64,000 nt of DNA from Akkermansiaceae bacterium (GCA_051251915.1 JBPOGF010000004.1:32001-96000), one strand, 5' to 3'; numbered from the stretch's first letter, positions 50,012 to 60,926 are shown. Notes: a model not told the origin generated them from the letters alone. A program made the numbers and translations.

Positions 50012-50662
50012 TTAGATTCCGTCACCTGGGGACTCGGAGGTGAAGCCTTCGAAGTCGACAGCTAGGGAGTCTGAGAAGTCATTGGAGTCTTCATCGGCGA
50101 CGATGGTGTCGATCGGTTTAGATGCTTCTTTTGGAATGCTGAGGGGTTTTTCAAGCTCAGGCTCGCGGGTAATGTCATTCATGAGCGAAGGCTCTGCGAA
50201 TTCGACATCGGGTTGACGGAGTGAGTTAACGAGTGCGACAGTTTCTAGCTGGAATCCTTTTTGGGCGTCCATGAGTTGCTGGACTTGTTGTTTCAATGAT
50301 GTGTGGTCTGCAACTCTGGAACTCTCTAGTTCGCCGATGCGTTTTTCCACTTTTTCTAGTGTGGTGGCGATTGGTTTGACTAGTTGGTTGGCAGTGAGTT
50401 TGGAATTGAGGCTGATTTCGTTTTGCTTCAGCGCGGCTTCTGAGTCACGGAGGATTTGTAAATCTTTTTGGGTGGATGCGAGGCGTTGTTTGGTCTCGCT
50501 GGTGCGATTTTTTTCTGCTTCTAGTTCTGTAGTGATTTTCGCGACGCGGGATTTTTTAGAGCTGGAGCAGATGAGTGCGGTGAAGATGACGCCGACGACG
50601 AAGGCCGCGGCTGCGATGATGTGGCTCTCTATTGGAAGCTTAGTGAGAGTATCGAGGTCCAT
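50012..50662 (-). CDS. membrane-anchored coiled-coil protein resembling the RmuC N-terminal half
   Basis: N-terminal TM, coiled coil, LVKPIATTLEK...ETVALVNSLRQP, then acidic tail. Confidence 0.55.
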   Translation of the reverse strand: MDLDTLTKLPIESHIIAAAAFVVGVIFTALICSSSKKSRVAKITTELEAEKNRTSETKQRLASTQKDLQILRDSEAALKQNEISLNSKLTANQLVKPIATTLEKVEKRIGELESSRVADHTSLKQQVQQLMDAQKGFQLETVALVNSLRQPDVEFAEPSLMNDITREPELEKPLSIPKEASKPIDTIVADEDSNDFSDSLAVDFEGFTSESPGDGI

Positions 50663-50837
50663 TGAAATGGCATAGATTGTTGATGGCATAATGTCTAAAG
50701 ATTGGTTCTTGCGAAATAGGTTAACAAGCGCATAGTGTGTCTGAGAGTGATGTTCTGCAAGCAAGATATCTGCGGATTTGCATCATTTCTCAGGACAAAC
50801 GTATAAATCCAAACACACAAAACGAACTAAAATTATT

Positions 50838-51497
50838 ATGGCATTTGAATTACCAGAACTAGGATACGCATATGACGCGCTCGAGCCACATATCGATGCA
50901 CGTACTATGGAAATACACCACAGCAAGCACCATAACGCTTATGTGACAAACGTGAACAACGCGATTGCAGGCAATGCTGAGCTAGAGGGCATGAAGGTAT
51001 GTGAACTCGTGATGAACTTGGACAAAGTTCCTGCAGACATCCGTGGAGCAGTGAGAAACAACGGTGGTGGACACTTCAACCACAGCATGTTCTGGGACTG
51101 CATTAAGCCAGGCGGAGCAAATGCACCAAGTGGTGATCTTGCAGCGGCTATTGATGAGGCATTTGGTTCATTTGATGGATTCAAGGAAGCCTTTTCTAAG
51201 GCAGCGGCTACACGTTTCGGCTCAGGATGGGCATGGCTCTGTGCTAAGGGTGGCAAGGTGAGCGTCTGCTCAACACCAAACCAGGACAACCCACTTATGC
51301 CTGAGTCAGGCTGTGAAGGTTGTGCTCCAATCCTAGGACTTGATGTCTGGGAGCACGCTTATTATCTGAACTACCAGAACCGTCGTCCTGACTATATTAC
51401 TGCATTTTTCAATGTGGTGAACTGGGACGTAGTGGCTGAGTGGTATGAGCAGTTCGGAACTTGCGATAGCGATTCTGACGGCAAGTGCTGCGGCTAA
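50838..51497 (+). CDS. sodA: superoxide dismutase, Mn-type signature
   Basis: [28 protein letters not shown]; start ATG 50838. Confidence 0.93.
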   Translation: MAFELPELGYAYDALEPHIDARTMEIHHSKHHNAYVTNVNNAIAGNAELEGMKVCELVMNLDKVPADIRGAVRNNGGGHFNHSMFWDCIKPGGANAPSGDLAAAIDEAFGSFDGFKEAFSKAAATRFGSGWAWLCAKGGKVSVCSTPNQDNPLMPESGCEGCAPILGLDVWEHAYYLNYQNRRPDYITAFFNVVNWDVVAEWYEQFGTCDSDSDGKCCG

Positions 51498-51519
51498 TCT
51501 GAGGTAAGTATTTTTTTAC

Positions 51520-51563
51520 AAGCCCTCGACTGATGAGTGAATCATTGGTTGGGGGCTTTTTTT
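51520..51563 (+). terminator. intrinsic terminator after sod
   Basis: AAGCCCTCGAC...GTTGGGGGCTT followed by T-run. Confidence 0.7.
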
Positions 51564-51594
51564 GTTGTCAGGAGTGGGAGTGTCGGTAATTTAG

Positions 51595-53274
51595 GTGATG
51601 TTCTATCATAAACTCACTCAATGTATCACGGTATTAGGAATTTCCTTTGGGCTTACTATTGTTTCTTCTGCTGAAACTTATGAGGCGGATATTATTATTT
51701 ATGGTGGGACTTCTGCGGCGGTGATGTCTGGGGTGCAGGCTAAGAGGTCTGGGAAGTCGGTTATTATTGTGAGTCCTGATAAGCATTTGGGGGGGCTGAC
51801 TTCTGGTGGGCTGGGGTGGACGGATAATGGGCATGCGAAGGGGATAGGTGGGATAGCTAGGGAGTTTTATATTGATATTAAGAGGCATTATGAAGATCCG
51901 TCAGCTTGGAGGCAGCAGACGCATGCTGAGTATAAGGCGACTCCTAAGAGTCAGTCGCGGAATAGGCCTACTGATGAGGCGATGTGGGTGTTTGAGCCGC
52001 ATGTGGCGGAGGGGTTGATGGATCGGTATATTGCGGATCATGGGGTCGAGGTGCATCGTGAGGCGTATTTAGACAGAGGGAAGGGGGTGGTGAAGGATGG
52101 GACTAAGGTTGTTTCTATTACTACGTTGGATGGGGATGTGTTTAGGGGTAAGGTTTTCATTGATGGGACTTATGAGGGGGATTTGATGGCGGCAGCTGGG
52201 GTTGAATTTCATGTGGGGAGAGAGAGTAGTGAGGTGTATGATGAGAGTGTGGGGGGAGTGCAGAAGGATAGGCGTGATCACGGGCATTATTTTTCATTTA
52301 CTGGGAAGAAGATAGATCCGTATGTGGTGGAGGGGGATCCTTCGTCTGGGTTGCTTCCGAGGATTTCTGCTGAGGCTCCCGGGGAGAATGGGGATGGGGA
52401 TGATAAGATTCAGGCGTATTGTTTTAGGGCTTGTTTGACTGATGCGCCGGAGAACAGGGTGCCATTTCCTAAGCCTGATGGGTATGATGCGGATGAGTAT
52501 TTGCTGATGTTGAGGGTGCTGGATATTGGTTGGCGTGAGGTGTTTCATAAGTTTGATCCGATGCCGAATAGGAAGACGGATCAGAATAATCATGGGCCGT
52601 TTAGTATGGATAATATTGGTTATAATTATGATTATCCGGAGGCTAGTTATGAGCGGAGGAGGGAGATCATTAAGGAGCATGAGACTTATCAGAAGGGTTT
52701 GATGTATTTCATGGCGAATGATCCGCGGGTTCCAGCTGATGTGCGTGAGCCGATGTCTAAGTGGGGGCTGGCTAAGGATGAATTTGTGGATAATGGGAAC
52801 TGGTCACATCAGCTGTATATCCGAGAGGCGCGTAGGATGGTGGGTGAGTATGTGATGACTCAGCATGATGTGGAGGGGAAGACTGATGTGAAGGATTCAA
52901 TAGGGCTGGGGGTGTATACGATGGACTCGCATAATGCGCAGCGGTATGTGACTGCTGATGGAGGTGTGGAGAACGAGGGTAATGTGGGGAAACGTATTAA
53001 GAGTCCTTATCCGATTGCTATGGGGGTGGTGTTGCCGAAGCGGGCGGAGGCTAGTAATTTATTGGTTCCGGCTGCGGCTTCTGCGAGCCATATTGCTTAT
53101 GGGTCATTGCGGATGGAGCCTACGTTTATGACGCTGGGGCAGTCGTCTGCGTTGATTGCATCGATTGCTATCGATAAGGGGGTGGCGGTTCAGGATGTGG
53201 CTTATGAGAAGGATTTGAAGCCTTTGTTGCTAGAGGTGAAGCAGCGGATTGCTAATAAGCCTAAGGTGAAGTAG
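51595..53274 (+). CDS. secreted FAD-dependent oxidoreductase (FAD_oxidored family)
   Basis: signal peptide, DIIIYGGTSAA, LGGLTSGGLG, FIDGTYEGDL, LYIREARRM, LRMEP. Confidence 0.85.
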   Translation: MMFYHKLTQCITVLGISFGLTIVSSAETYEADIIIYGGTSAAVMSGVQAKRSGKSVIIVSPDKHLGGLTSGGLGWTDNGHAKGIGGIAREFYIDIKRHYEDPSAWRQQTHAEYKATPKSQSRNRPTDEAMWVFEPHVAEGLMDRYIADHGVEVHREAYLDRGKGVVKDGTKVVSITTLDGDVFRGKVFIDGTYEGDLMAAAGVEFHVGRESSEVYDESVGGVQKDRRDHGHYFSFTGKKIDPYVVEGDPSSGLLPRISAEAPGENGDGDDKIQAYCFRACLTDAPENRVPFPKPDGYDADEYLLMLRVLDIGWREVFHKFDPMPNRKTDQNNHGPFSMDNIGYNYDYPEASYERRREIIKEHETYQKGLMYFMANDPRVPADVREPMSKWGLAKDEFVDNGNWSHQLYIREARRMVGEYVMTQHDVEGKTDVKDSIGLGVYTMDSHNAQRYVTADGGVENEGNVGKRIKSPYPIAMGVVLPKRAEASNLLVPAAASASHIAYGSLRMEPTFMTLGQSSALIASIAIDKGVAVQDVAYEKDLKPLLLEVKQRIANKPKVK

Positions 53275-53456
53275 GGGAGTTTGAATTTTGAATGTAGAAG
53301 TGTGAAGTTTGCTTGGGTTGATGCCTGCGGCGCTTAACCACGAATAGCACGAATTTTCACGAATGATGGAGGAGGGAGAGCGGGGTTGATGGGTTTCTTG
53401 AACCGCTGGAAGGTGCTAAATATAAGATCCTTGTTGCGTGAAATCTGTATTGGGTT

Positions 53457-53954
53457 TTATGACGGCCAGATGAGGGAGGCGGCCCACCAGGCGATGAGGC
53501 CGATGAGTGTGAAGACGGTTACTGCAACTACTGCAAGAATGATGACTGGGGCCCAGCCGCTGCGTTCGGCTTCCTCGCCAACGGTGTCGTTTAGGTGGGC
53601 GCGTAGTAGTGTGTGGTTGCGGTGATTTGACTTATACCAGAAGGAGAAAATGTCTCCTATGAATGGGAGGGCACCGACGAGGGAATTTAGCATCCAGTTA
53701 GCAATCATGCGGAGATAGACGCTGAGGGGGATGTGTTTTTTGGCGCCGATGGCTAGTAGTGAGAGTCCTGCTGTGGATGTGGCGAAGTCACCGACTCCGG
53801 GGATGAGGCCGATGATAGGATCTAGTCCGATTCGTTTTTTGGTGCCAGGGATTTTGATTAAATCATCGAGGATGAAGGCGATCCATTTTGCGAATGTGTT
53901 TTCTTCCTTGGTGGTGGGCGACTCTTTTTGCTGTTTTTCGGGTGGAGTTTTCAT
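53457..53954 (-). CDS. DUF4112 domain membrane protein
   Basis: LDD.IKIPGT..RIGLDPIIGLIPGVGD, N.RN..LL. Confidence 0.85.
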   Translation of the reverse strand: MKTPPEKQQKESPTTKEENTFAKWIAFILDDLIKIPGTKKRIGLDPIIGLIPGVGDFATSTAGLSLLAIGAKKHIPLSVYLRMIANWMLNSLVGALPFIGDIFSFWYKSNHRNHTLLRAHLNDTVGEEAERSGWAPVIILAVVAVTVFTLIGLIAWWAASLIWPS

Positions 53955-53998
53955 GGGTAGAAGGGTTGAGATTTATCAGATTTTTACAGGCATTGGGG

Positions 53999-56020
53999 TT
54001 ATTTTTTGTTGCTTGGGATTTCTAGATTTTGGAAGGCATCTCTGACGAGTTTTTTTGGTAGGTTGTGTTCATCATAGATGCCCATGCGTGAGTATCCATT
54101 TTTATTTTTGCTGCCGGTGTATGGCTTGCGTGAGCGGTAGTCTTTTAGGAGCCAGTAGGTGTAGCCGGAGAAGTGAGGGGTGTGCTTGGTAAGAACTTCC
54201 CATTGGCGTTTGAGGAGGTCTGCTTGCCAGTTTTCGTTGCTTTTTTTGGTGATGGGGCCTCTGCTGCCGCGCTTGGACCAGGCGCCGTTTTCCATGATGA
54301 TGATGGGCTTGTTAGGGTTTGCGGTGATGACTTTCTTCATGTCGGGGTCTAGGAGATCGAATGGGTCCATGGCGCCGCGGTATTCGTTGAAGCCGACTGC
54401 GTCTGCGTGCTCGAAGTGGGGTTGGCCTTTGTGGGGGTGCCATGCGGACCAGGTGATGGGGCGTTTTTGGTAGTCGATTTCTCTGACGAGTTCACGGGTC
54501 ATTTTGAGGAAGCCGTCGTATTCTTCACAGAACTGGTGGCATTCGTTGTTGAGGCCCCAGAGGACGACTGAGGGGTGATTTAGCATGTCCCAGACGGCGC
54601 AGCGAGCCATGGTTTGGTAGATGGAGTGTGGGTCTTGGGTTTGTGCGAGCATGGATTTTTCTTTGTACCAGAAGCCTCCCCATTCGCCGCAAACGAGGAT
54701 GCCTTGTTCGTTTGCTAGTTTGTAGGAGTATGGGTCACGCTGGGTGACGTGGAGGCGGGCGAAGTTTGAGTTGGAGTCGTGGAGGAGTTTGTAGTGGTCG
54801 CGGTGGTCTTGTGGTGTGATGGCGCCGCCACGTTCTGGGTGTTCGTCGTAGATGGATGCTCCTTTGAGGAAGATGGATTTGTTGTTGAGCTTGAATGTGG
54901 GGCCATCGGTTACGAATGTGCGGACGCCGAATTGGGTGGCGTGGTTATCGATGGTTTTACCTGTTTTGTCCTGTAGTTGGAAGCTGGCGGTGTAGAGTTG
55001 TGGTGATGTGGGTGACCATGGTTTTGCTTTAGCGGTGCCGCCTTTGATGAGCATGTGCTTGGCGATGGTTTGGTGGGGGGCGATGGTGAAGTAGGGTGTT
55101 TGTGTGGTGGTTTGGGGGTCGATGGTGGAGGACATGGAGCTGCGTAGCTGGAGGGGTGTGTCTCCGTGGTTTGAGATGATGACTACTGCGTTTAGGCCTT
55201 CTGTGGTGGGGTTGATAAGTGATTTACGGATGGTGACTGGGGCTTCTTCTATGAGGTAGACGTCACGGAGGATACCTGCGTATGGCCAGCAGTCTGGGGC
55301 TTTTGGGTGGAGGGTGTGGGTGTAGTCTAGTTCTTGCCATCCTTTGTCGCCTTTTCCTTCTGGGTGTTTGATGTAGTTTGGTAGGCGGAGGACTTTAAGT
55401 GCTAGGGTGTTTGTTCCGGTTTTGATGTGTTCTGAGGCGTCAATGGAGAATGGTGCGCCGCCGCCTTCGTGTTGGGCTATTTCATGGCCGTTGAGGAATA
55501 CGCGAGCGCGTTGTTGGACGCCGAGGAAGACGATTCTTTGGCGTGAGTTGTTGCCTTGTTTGGGTTGGTATTGGAATGTTTTTTGATACCAAGATGCGCC
55601 GTTGTAGTGTGGTGGGTTGTCTGGGGTCTGGTCATTCCAGTCCCAATATTTACCGCCTGGCATGGCGTCCCAACAGTGTGGGACGGTGACGTTTAGCCAG
55701 TCTTTTGTGGTGGTGGGTTGGTGCCATTTTTGTGTGGTTCCGACGCTGTTGGGGTCGAAGCGGAATTTCCATGTGCCGGCGTTTTTGCCGCTTAGTTTGG
55801 TGATGTTGCGGGTGTGGTTGGTGGTGAGGTTGTCGAAGTCGGGTCTGACTTGGTTGTAGTGGAATACTACTGGGACGCCGTCTACTTTCTTGGTTTCGAC
55901 TTTCATGGCGTGGGCGAATTCTGGGTGGTCGCCGAGGTCTGGGTCGGTGGTTTGGGCGGTGGTGATGAGGGGTGCTGTGAGGTAGGTGATGGCGGCGATG
56001 AAAGGAATGTGGATTTTCAT
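53999..56020 (-). CDS. glycoside hydrolase family 2 (beta-galactosidase/glucuronidase-like)
   Basis: signal peptide, W....VPH.W, FLNG....HEGG..PF, GILRDV, FGVRTF, NHPSVVLWGLNNE, IMENG. Confidence 0.88.
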   Translation of the reverse strand: MKIHIPFIAAITYLTAPLITTAQTTDPDLGDHPEFAHAMKVETKKVDGVPVVFHYNQVRPDFDNLTTNHTRNITKLSGKNAGTWKFRFDPNSVGTTQKWHQPTTTKDWLNVTVPHCWDAMPGGKYWDWNDQTPDNPPHYNGASWYQKTFQYQPKQGNNSRQRIVFLGVQQRARVFLNGHEIAQHEGGGAPFSIDASEHIKTGTNTLALKVLRLPNYIKHPEGKGDKGWQELDYTHTLHPKAPDCWPYAGILRDVYLIEEAPVTIRKSLINPTTEGLNAVVIISNHGDTPLQLRSSMSSTIDPQTTTQTPYFTIAPHQTIAKHMLIKGGTAKAKPWSPTSPQLYTASFQLQDKTGKTIDNHATQFGVRTFVTDGPTFKLNNKSIFLKGASIYDEHPERGGAITPQDHRDHYKLLHDSNSNFARLHVTQRDPYSYKLANEQGILVCGEWGGFWYKEKSMLAQTQDPHSIYQTMARCAVWDMLNHPSVVLWGLNNECHQFCEEYDGFLKMTRELVREIDYQKRPITWSAWHPHKGQPHFEHADAVGFNEYRGAMDPFDLLDPDMKKVITANPNKPIIIMENGAWSKRGSRGPITKKSNENWQADLLKRQWEVLTKHTPHFSGYTYWLLKDYRSRKPYTGSKNKNGYSRMGIYDEHNLPKKLVRDAFQNLEIPSNKK

Positions 56021-56150
56021 AGGTATGTAATAGAGGTATAAATTAGACCCATCTTTGAAAGAACGCGAGATGGAGTTTCGTTACTAATGCTTCCAATATA
56101 CGGCGATGGGTGTCACTTTTAGTCATCGAATCCAATCAAATTACTTTGTT

Positions 56151-57491
56151 ATGAAATTATTATTACTTCTTCTTCTCTCTGCTACGCTTCATGCGGCACC
56201 TAAAAAGCCTAACGTGGTGATCCTGTATGCTGATGACTGGAGGTTTGATACGTTGGGGGCTGCTGGGCATCCTATTTTAAAGACTCCTAATTTGGATGCA
56301 TTGGCGGATGATGGTGTGCGGTTTACGCATGGGAATGTGACGACTGCGATCTGTGGTGTGAGTAGGGCTTCTTTCTTTACTGGGCAGTGGATGTCACGTC
56401 ATGGGAATAAGGGGTTTCGTGCGTTTAAGACTCCCTGGGAGGAGACGTTTCCTGGGTTGTTGAGAGCGAATGGTTATCATACTGGGCATGTGGGGAAGTG
56501 GCATAATGGGGGATTTCCTAAGAAGAATTTTGATTTTGGGACCTCTTATTCAGGGAATCACTGGATCAAGGAGGAGGATGGGACGATGATCCATGTGACG
56601 CAGAAGAATGAGAATGATGCGATGGAGTTTCTTAAGACTCGTCCGATGGATAAGCCGTTCGTGCTGACGTTGGCGTTTTTTGCGACGCATGCGGTGGATC
56701 ATGATCCGAAGCAGTTTTTACCGCAGCCTGAGAGTATGAAGTTGTTTACTGATGTGGATATTCCGATTCCTAAGACTGCGACTGAGGAGGCATTTAGGAA
56801 GCTTCCGGAGTTTGTGGCGACTGAGAAGAATGAGGGGCGGAAGCGTTGGCATTGGAGGTTTGATACTCCTGAGAAGTATCAGACGATGATGAAAAATTAT
56901 TATCGTTTAGCTCATGAGGTGGATAGCACTTGTGGGAAGGTGATAGCGGAGCTCAAGAGGCAGGGGGTGTATGATGATACGCTGATTATATTTACTGGTG
57001 ATAATGGGTATTACCATGGTGAGCATGGGTTGGCGGATAAGTGGTATCCGCATCAGGAGAGTATCCGTGTGCCGCTTATTGTGCGTGATCCGCGTATGCC
57101 TGAGGGCGTGAGGAGTAAGACTGATGACCGCTTTGCTCTGAATGTGGATTTGGCACCGACTATTTTGGCTGCTGCTGGGATAGAGGCTCCTGAGACGATG
57201 CAGGGGCGGGATTTAGCGCCGTTGTATTCTGGTGAGAAGGTGAAGGACTGGCGGACTGATTATTTTTATGAGCATGCGATTATCAGCAATAAGGAGAGGA
57301 TTCCGGCTTCTGAGGCGTTGGTGACTAAGGAGTGGAAGTATTTCTACTGGCCGGATTTTGGTAGGGAGCAGCTGTTCCATATTGCTGAGGATCCATTTGA
57401 GGAGAATGATGTGGTGGATGTGAAGGCGAATAGGGCGAGGCTGGAAGCAATGCGCGTCCGATTCAACGAATTGAAAGCGGACGCGCGGTAG
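56151..57491 (+). CDS. secreted sulfatase (S1 family)
   Basis: [43 protein letters not shown]; start ATG 56151. Confidence 0.9.
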   Translation: MKLLLLLLLSATLHAAPKKPNVVILYADDWRFDTLGAAGHPILKTPNLDALADDGVRFTHGNVTTAICGVSRASFFTGQWMSRHGNKGFRAFKTPWEETFPGLLRANGYHTGHVGKWHNGGFPKKNFDFGTSYSGNHWIKEEDGTMIHVTQKNENDAMEFLKTRPMDKPFVLTLAFFATHAVDHDPKQFLPQPESMKLFTDVDIPIPKTATEEAFRKLPEFVATEKNEGRKRWHWRFDTPEKYQTMMKNYYRLAHEVDSTCGKVIAELKRQGVYDDTLIIFTGDNGYYHGEHGLADKWYPHQESIRVPLIVRDPRMPEGVRSKTDDRFALNVDLAPTILAAAGIEAPETMQGRDLAPLYSGEKVKDWRTDYFYEHAIISNKERIPASEALVTKEWKYFYWPDFGREQLFHIAEDPFEENDVVDVKANRARLEAMRVRFNELKADAR

Positions 57492-57535
57492 TGCTTTGTT
57501 TGAGTAACTGGTAGTTTAGTTACTGTTGGTTGATT

Positions 57536-58714
57536 TTATTTCAACAATTCTGAAGTCGGCGGGAATGTGTTCTGGTCGACTTTTTTGATGGCGTTGCTGA
57601 CTAGTTTTCCGTAGTAGGCTGAGGTGCGAGGGTCAGTGATTTTTTCTTGTGCTTCTGCGGCGGCGGCAAGATCTGTTTTGGCGAGGTCTGTGTTACCAGC
57701 CATGAAGTTGAGGCGTGCTTTGGTGACGTGGTGGAATGTAGTGGCCAAGGGGGTGGCATCTGCTGGGAGGTCTGGTGCTCCCGCGAGGACGATGTCTGCG
57801 TAAGTCTTGGCAGCCGCAGCTGTCTCAGGAGTGATGGGGGTGTCACGGATGATGGTGGAGTTCAGCATGGACATTCTTACCGAAGAGCCGAAGCGTTTGT
57901 TGGTGATGTCATTTCTGAGGGCTAGGAGGTCTTCCCAGTTGCTTGATTTTGCAGCTGCACGGGCGAGTAGTCCATATTTCATGGAGTTTGTGTCTTCTAG
58001 TCCGAGGGCTACTTCCTTGAGTGCTTCCCAGTCGCCAGCTTTATTGAGCGCGACGATTTTTTCACTGAAGTCGCGTCTTTCTTTTTCCTTGGCGGCTTGT
58101 TCTTTACCGTAAGTTTCTGCATCAAAGCTTCCGTCGATGATACCAGCTACTCGTTCAGTGGTGAGTTGGCTAGGGTGGATGCTGAGGATGAGTTTACCGT
58201 CTTTGATGACTAGTGCGCGGGGGATGCCAGTTACTTTGGCAGGTTTGAGGACGGTGTCGGCGAAGGCGGCTTTGCGGCCACCTGAGTATGCGACACGGTA
58301 GGACATGCCATCGCCCATTTTCTTGACGAAGTTTTGAGATTTTTCGATGCCGTCTTCGAAGACGTTCATGCCGATGATGACTAGTCCTTTGTCAGCAAAT
58401 TCTTTGTGAAGTTCGTTTACGTGAGGGATGACTCTGATGCAGGGTCCGCACCATGTGGCCCAGCATTCTATGATGTAAACTTTGCCAGCTTCATCTAGTG
58501 AAGTTACGGGGTCTCCTTGAATCCAGGTGATTCCTTCTAGAGCATTTTTCGGGAATGCGTCGCCTACAGATAGTGCGGGAGTGGGGATTGCAGCTGGTGT
58601 AGGAGCTTCTTTTACTTCTTGAGCTTGGGCAGTGTGAGTGGTGAGGCTGGTGAAACCTAAACCTAATCCTAGAGTGAGGATCATTCCGGCAGTTTGCTTA
58701 TTGTATTTTTTCAT
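57536..58714 (-). CDS. TlpA/redoxin family thiol-disulfide oxidoreductase with helical C-terminus
   Basis: signal peptide, WATWCGPC, GIP cis-Pro motif. Confidence 0.88.
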   Translation of the reverse strand: MKKYNKQTAGMILTLGLGLGFTSLTTHTAQAQEVKEAPTPAAIPTPALSVGDAFPKNALEGITWIQGDPVTSLDEAGKVYIIECWATWCGPCIRVIPHVNELHKEFADKGLVIIGMNVFEDGIEKSQNFVKKMGDGMSYRVAYSGGRKAAFADTVLKPAKVTGIPRALVIKDGKLILSIHPSQLTTERVAGIIDGSFDAETYGKEQAAKEKERRDFSEKIVALNKAGDWEALKEVALGLEDTNSMKYGLLARAAAKSSNWEDLLALRNDITNKRFGSSVRMSMLNSTIIRDTPITPETAAAAKTYADIVLAGAPDLPADATPLATTFHHVTKARLNFMAGNTDLAKTDLAAAAEAQEKITDPRTSAYYGKLVSNAIKKVDQNTFPPTSELLK

Positions 58715-58969
58715 ATTATTTATGTTACCCTTAAAGTGGGTGTCGATTAGGTTTTATTTTATGGCAAAGAAGATGGTAATATTCCTCCACTATACGGTTA
58801 TAAAAAACCACATAGGTGGCTAGGAGGCAAGCGCTGATTTCAGGTGTTAGGTAAAAGATTCTAAGGAGTGCGGGGGAGGGGATCTGCTAGGTAAACAGTT
58901 GTTTGGGAGCGAAGTGGGGGGAGTGGTTAAAGGCTTGGCAACCCACTTTTGGTTTGTTACTTGTCGCGC

Positions 58970-60043
58970 ATGCGAATTGGGATTTTAAATAGTGGGGGAG
59001 ATTGTCCGGGCTTGAATGCTGTGATCCACGGTGTAGTGGGAGCGGCTAGTAAGTTGGGCTGGGAGGTGATAGGATTTCGCGATGGCTTTGAGGGGTTGCT
59101 TCCTCCGGGGGATTATCAGGTGCTTGATCCAGAGGATACGGTAGGGATTTTGAAGTTAGGTGGGACGATTTTAGGAACCACGAATAAAGGACAATTTGCC
59201 GCCAGGATGGGCAAGGGGACTAAGGAAGAGATCTCTGAGAGAGTGATTGAAAAAGCGGGGAGAACGATGAAGCAGTTAGAAATCCGCGCGCTTATTGTTG
59301 TGGGTGGTGACGGTTCGCTTTCTACGGCTCTGCATCTTTACAAGGCAGGATTTCCTATTATTGGAGTTCCGAAGACGATTGATAATGATTTGCAGGCTAC
59401 GGCGATGACGTTCGGTTTTGATAGTGCGGTCTCATGTGTGGTGGATGCTATGGATCGACTGCATACTACGGCGGTGAGTCATAAGCGTGTGATGGTGGTG
59501 GAGGTGATGGGTAGGAATGCTGGTTGGATTGCACTTTGGGGCGGGATAGCAGGTGGAGCGAATGTTATTTTGCTGCCTGAAATAGAGTTCTCACTTGATA
59601 AGGTGGCTGATCATATTATGGAGCGGGAGGCTAAGGGGAATCATAGTTCGATGGTGATAGTGGCGGAGGGGGCGAGGACTCCAGAGGGGAAGTTAGTGAC
59701 ACAGGAGTATGATGAAGGAGGCTCTGTGAGGCTCGGGGGGATAGGAGATTTTGTAGCGAATGAGTTGGCTAAACGCACGGGGAAGGATACACGCGCATGT
59801 ACGCTGGGTCATCTGCAGCGGGGTGGTGAGCCGACTAGTTTGGATCGGATTTTGGGGGCTAGGTTTGGTGTGAAGGCTGTGAAGTTGGCCGAGGAGGGAA
59901 GATTTGGTAGGATGGTGAGTTATCAGTCGTATTTGGTGAGTTCAGCATCGATTGAGAAGGCTGTGCATAAGTTGAGGTTGGTAGATCCGGAGAGTGAGGT
60001 TGTGGAAGCAGCGAGAGCGATTGGTATTTGTTTGGGGGATTGA
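58970..60043 (+). CDS. pfkA: 6-phosphofructokinase (PfkA family, GGDGS/PKTIDND type)
   Basis: SGGDCPGLN, GGTILGT, GGDGS, PKTIDND, EVMGR, LGHLQRGG. Confidence 0.93.
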   Translation: MRIGILNSGGDCPGLNAVIHGVVGAASKLGWEVIGFRDGFEGLLPPGDYQVLDPEDTVGILKLGGTILGTTNKGQFAARMGKGTKEEISERVIEKAGRTMKQLEIRALIVVGGDGSLSTALHLYKAGFPIIGVPKTIDNDLQATAMTFGFDSAVSCVVDAMDRLHTTAVSHKRVMVVEVMGRNAGWIALWGGIAGGANVILLPEIEFSLDKVADHIMEREAKGNHSSMVIVAEGARTPEGKLVTQEYDEGGSVRLGGIGDFVANELAKRTGKDTRACTLGHLQRGGEPTSLDRILGARFGVKAVKLAEEGRFGRMVSYQSYLVSSASIEKAVHKLRLVDPESEVVEAARAIGICLGD

Positions 60044-60121
60044 GCAACGAAGGTGCTGTCATTGGTCAATAGTCAATAGCAATGGACAATGGGGACTGGA
60101 TGATGAAACTTACGAAATAAA

Positions 60122-60865
60122 ATGAATATGGAAGATTTAGGACGATCAGGTTATGCATTGTTTGATTTGGATCAGACGATTGTGCCTTGGGATACGCAGT
60201 TGTTGTTTTGTAATTATGTTTTGAAGCGTGAGCCTTTGAGACGTTTGCATGTTTTGGGGTTGATTCCGTTTTTGCCTTTTACGAAGATTTTAGGGGCAGG
60301 TGGGATGAAGCGGGTGTTTTTGAATTATCTGGCGCTTATGGATGCCGAGACTCTTGAGCAGTATGCGCGTGAGTTTGTGGATGAGATGTTTCCAGAGGAG
60401 ATGTATGGTGAGGTGTTAGAAATTGTTAGAGAGCAAAAGGAGGCGGGGAGGTTGACTATTTTGAATAGTGCTAGCCCTGAGGTGTGGGTGAAGTATTTGG
60501 GGGAGAAGATGGGGTTTGATTTTTGTTATGGGACTCAGGTGGAGATAGGTGAGAGGGTGAGGTTTTTTCCAGATATTATTGACGGCAATAATAAGGGAGC
60601 GGTGAAGTTAGGGAGGATGAGACCGCATTTTCCGAAGGGATGGGAGGCTGGTGAGGTGCTTGCTGATAGTTATGGTTATTCAGATAGTCATGCGGATATT
60701 CCGATGCTGGATATTTGTGAACATAATACGATGGTTCATCCTACGGATAAGTTGTTGGCTTATGGGACGAAGCGGGGATGGGAAAAACTTACCCCTAGCA
60801 GGCCAACGAAAGGTAAGTGGAGTTTTGCATGGGCTTGTTGTAGGCAGGCTGTTGGTTTGTATTAG
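60122..60865 (+). CDS. HAD-superfamily (subfamily IB) hydrolase
   Basis: FDLDQT, SASP, K, YSDSHADIPML. Confidence 0.85.
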   Translation: MNMEDLGRSGYALFDLDQTIVPWDTQLLFCNYVLKREPLRRLHVLGLIPFLPFTKILGAGGMKRVFLNYLALMDAETLEQYAREFVDEMFPEEMYGEVLEIVREQKEAGRLTILNSASPEVWVKYLGEKMGFDFCYGTQVEIGERVRFFPDIIDGNNKGAVKLGRMRPHFPKGWEAGEVLADSYGYSDSHADIPMLDICEHNTMVHPTDKLLAYGTKRGWEKLTPSRPTKGKWSFAWACCRQAVGLY

Positions 60866-60926
60866 CCTTTATTCTGATCGAGCAAGACGTAGCACTAGTT
60901 TTTATTTAGGCTTTCTGCATGTGGGT

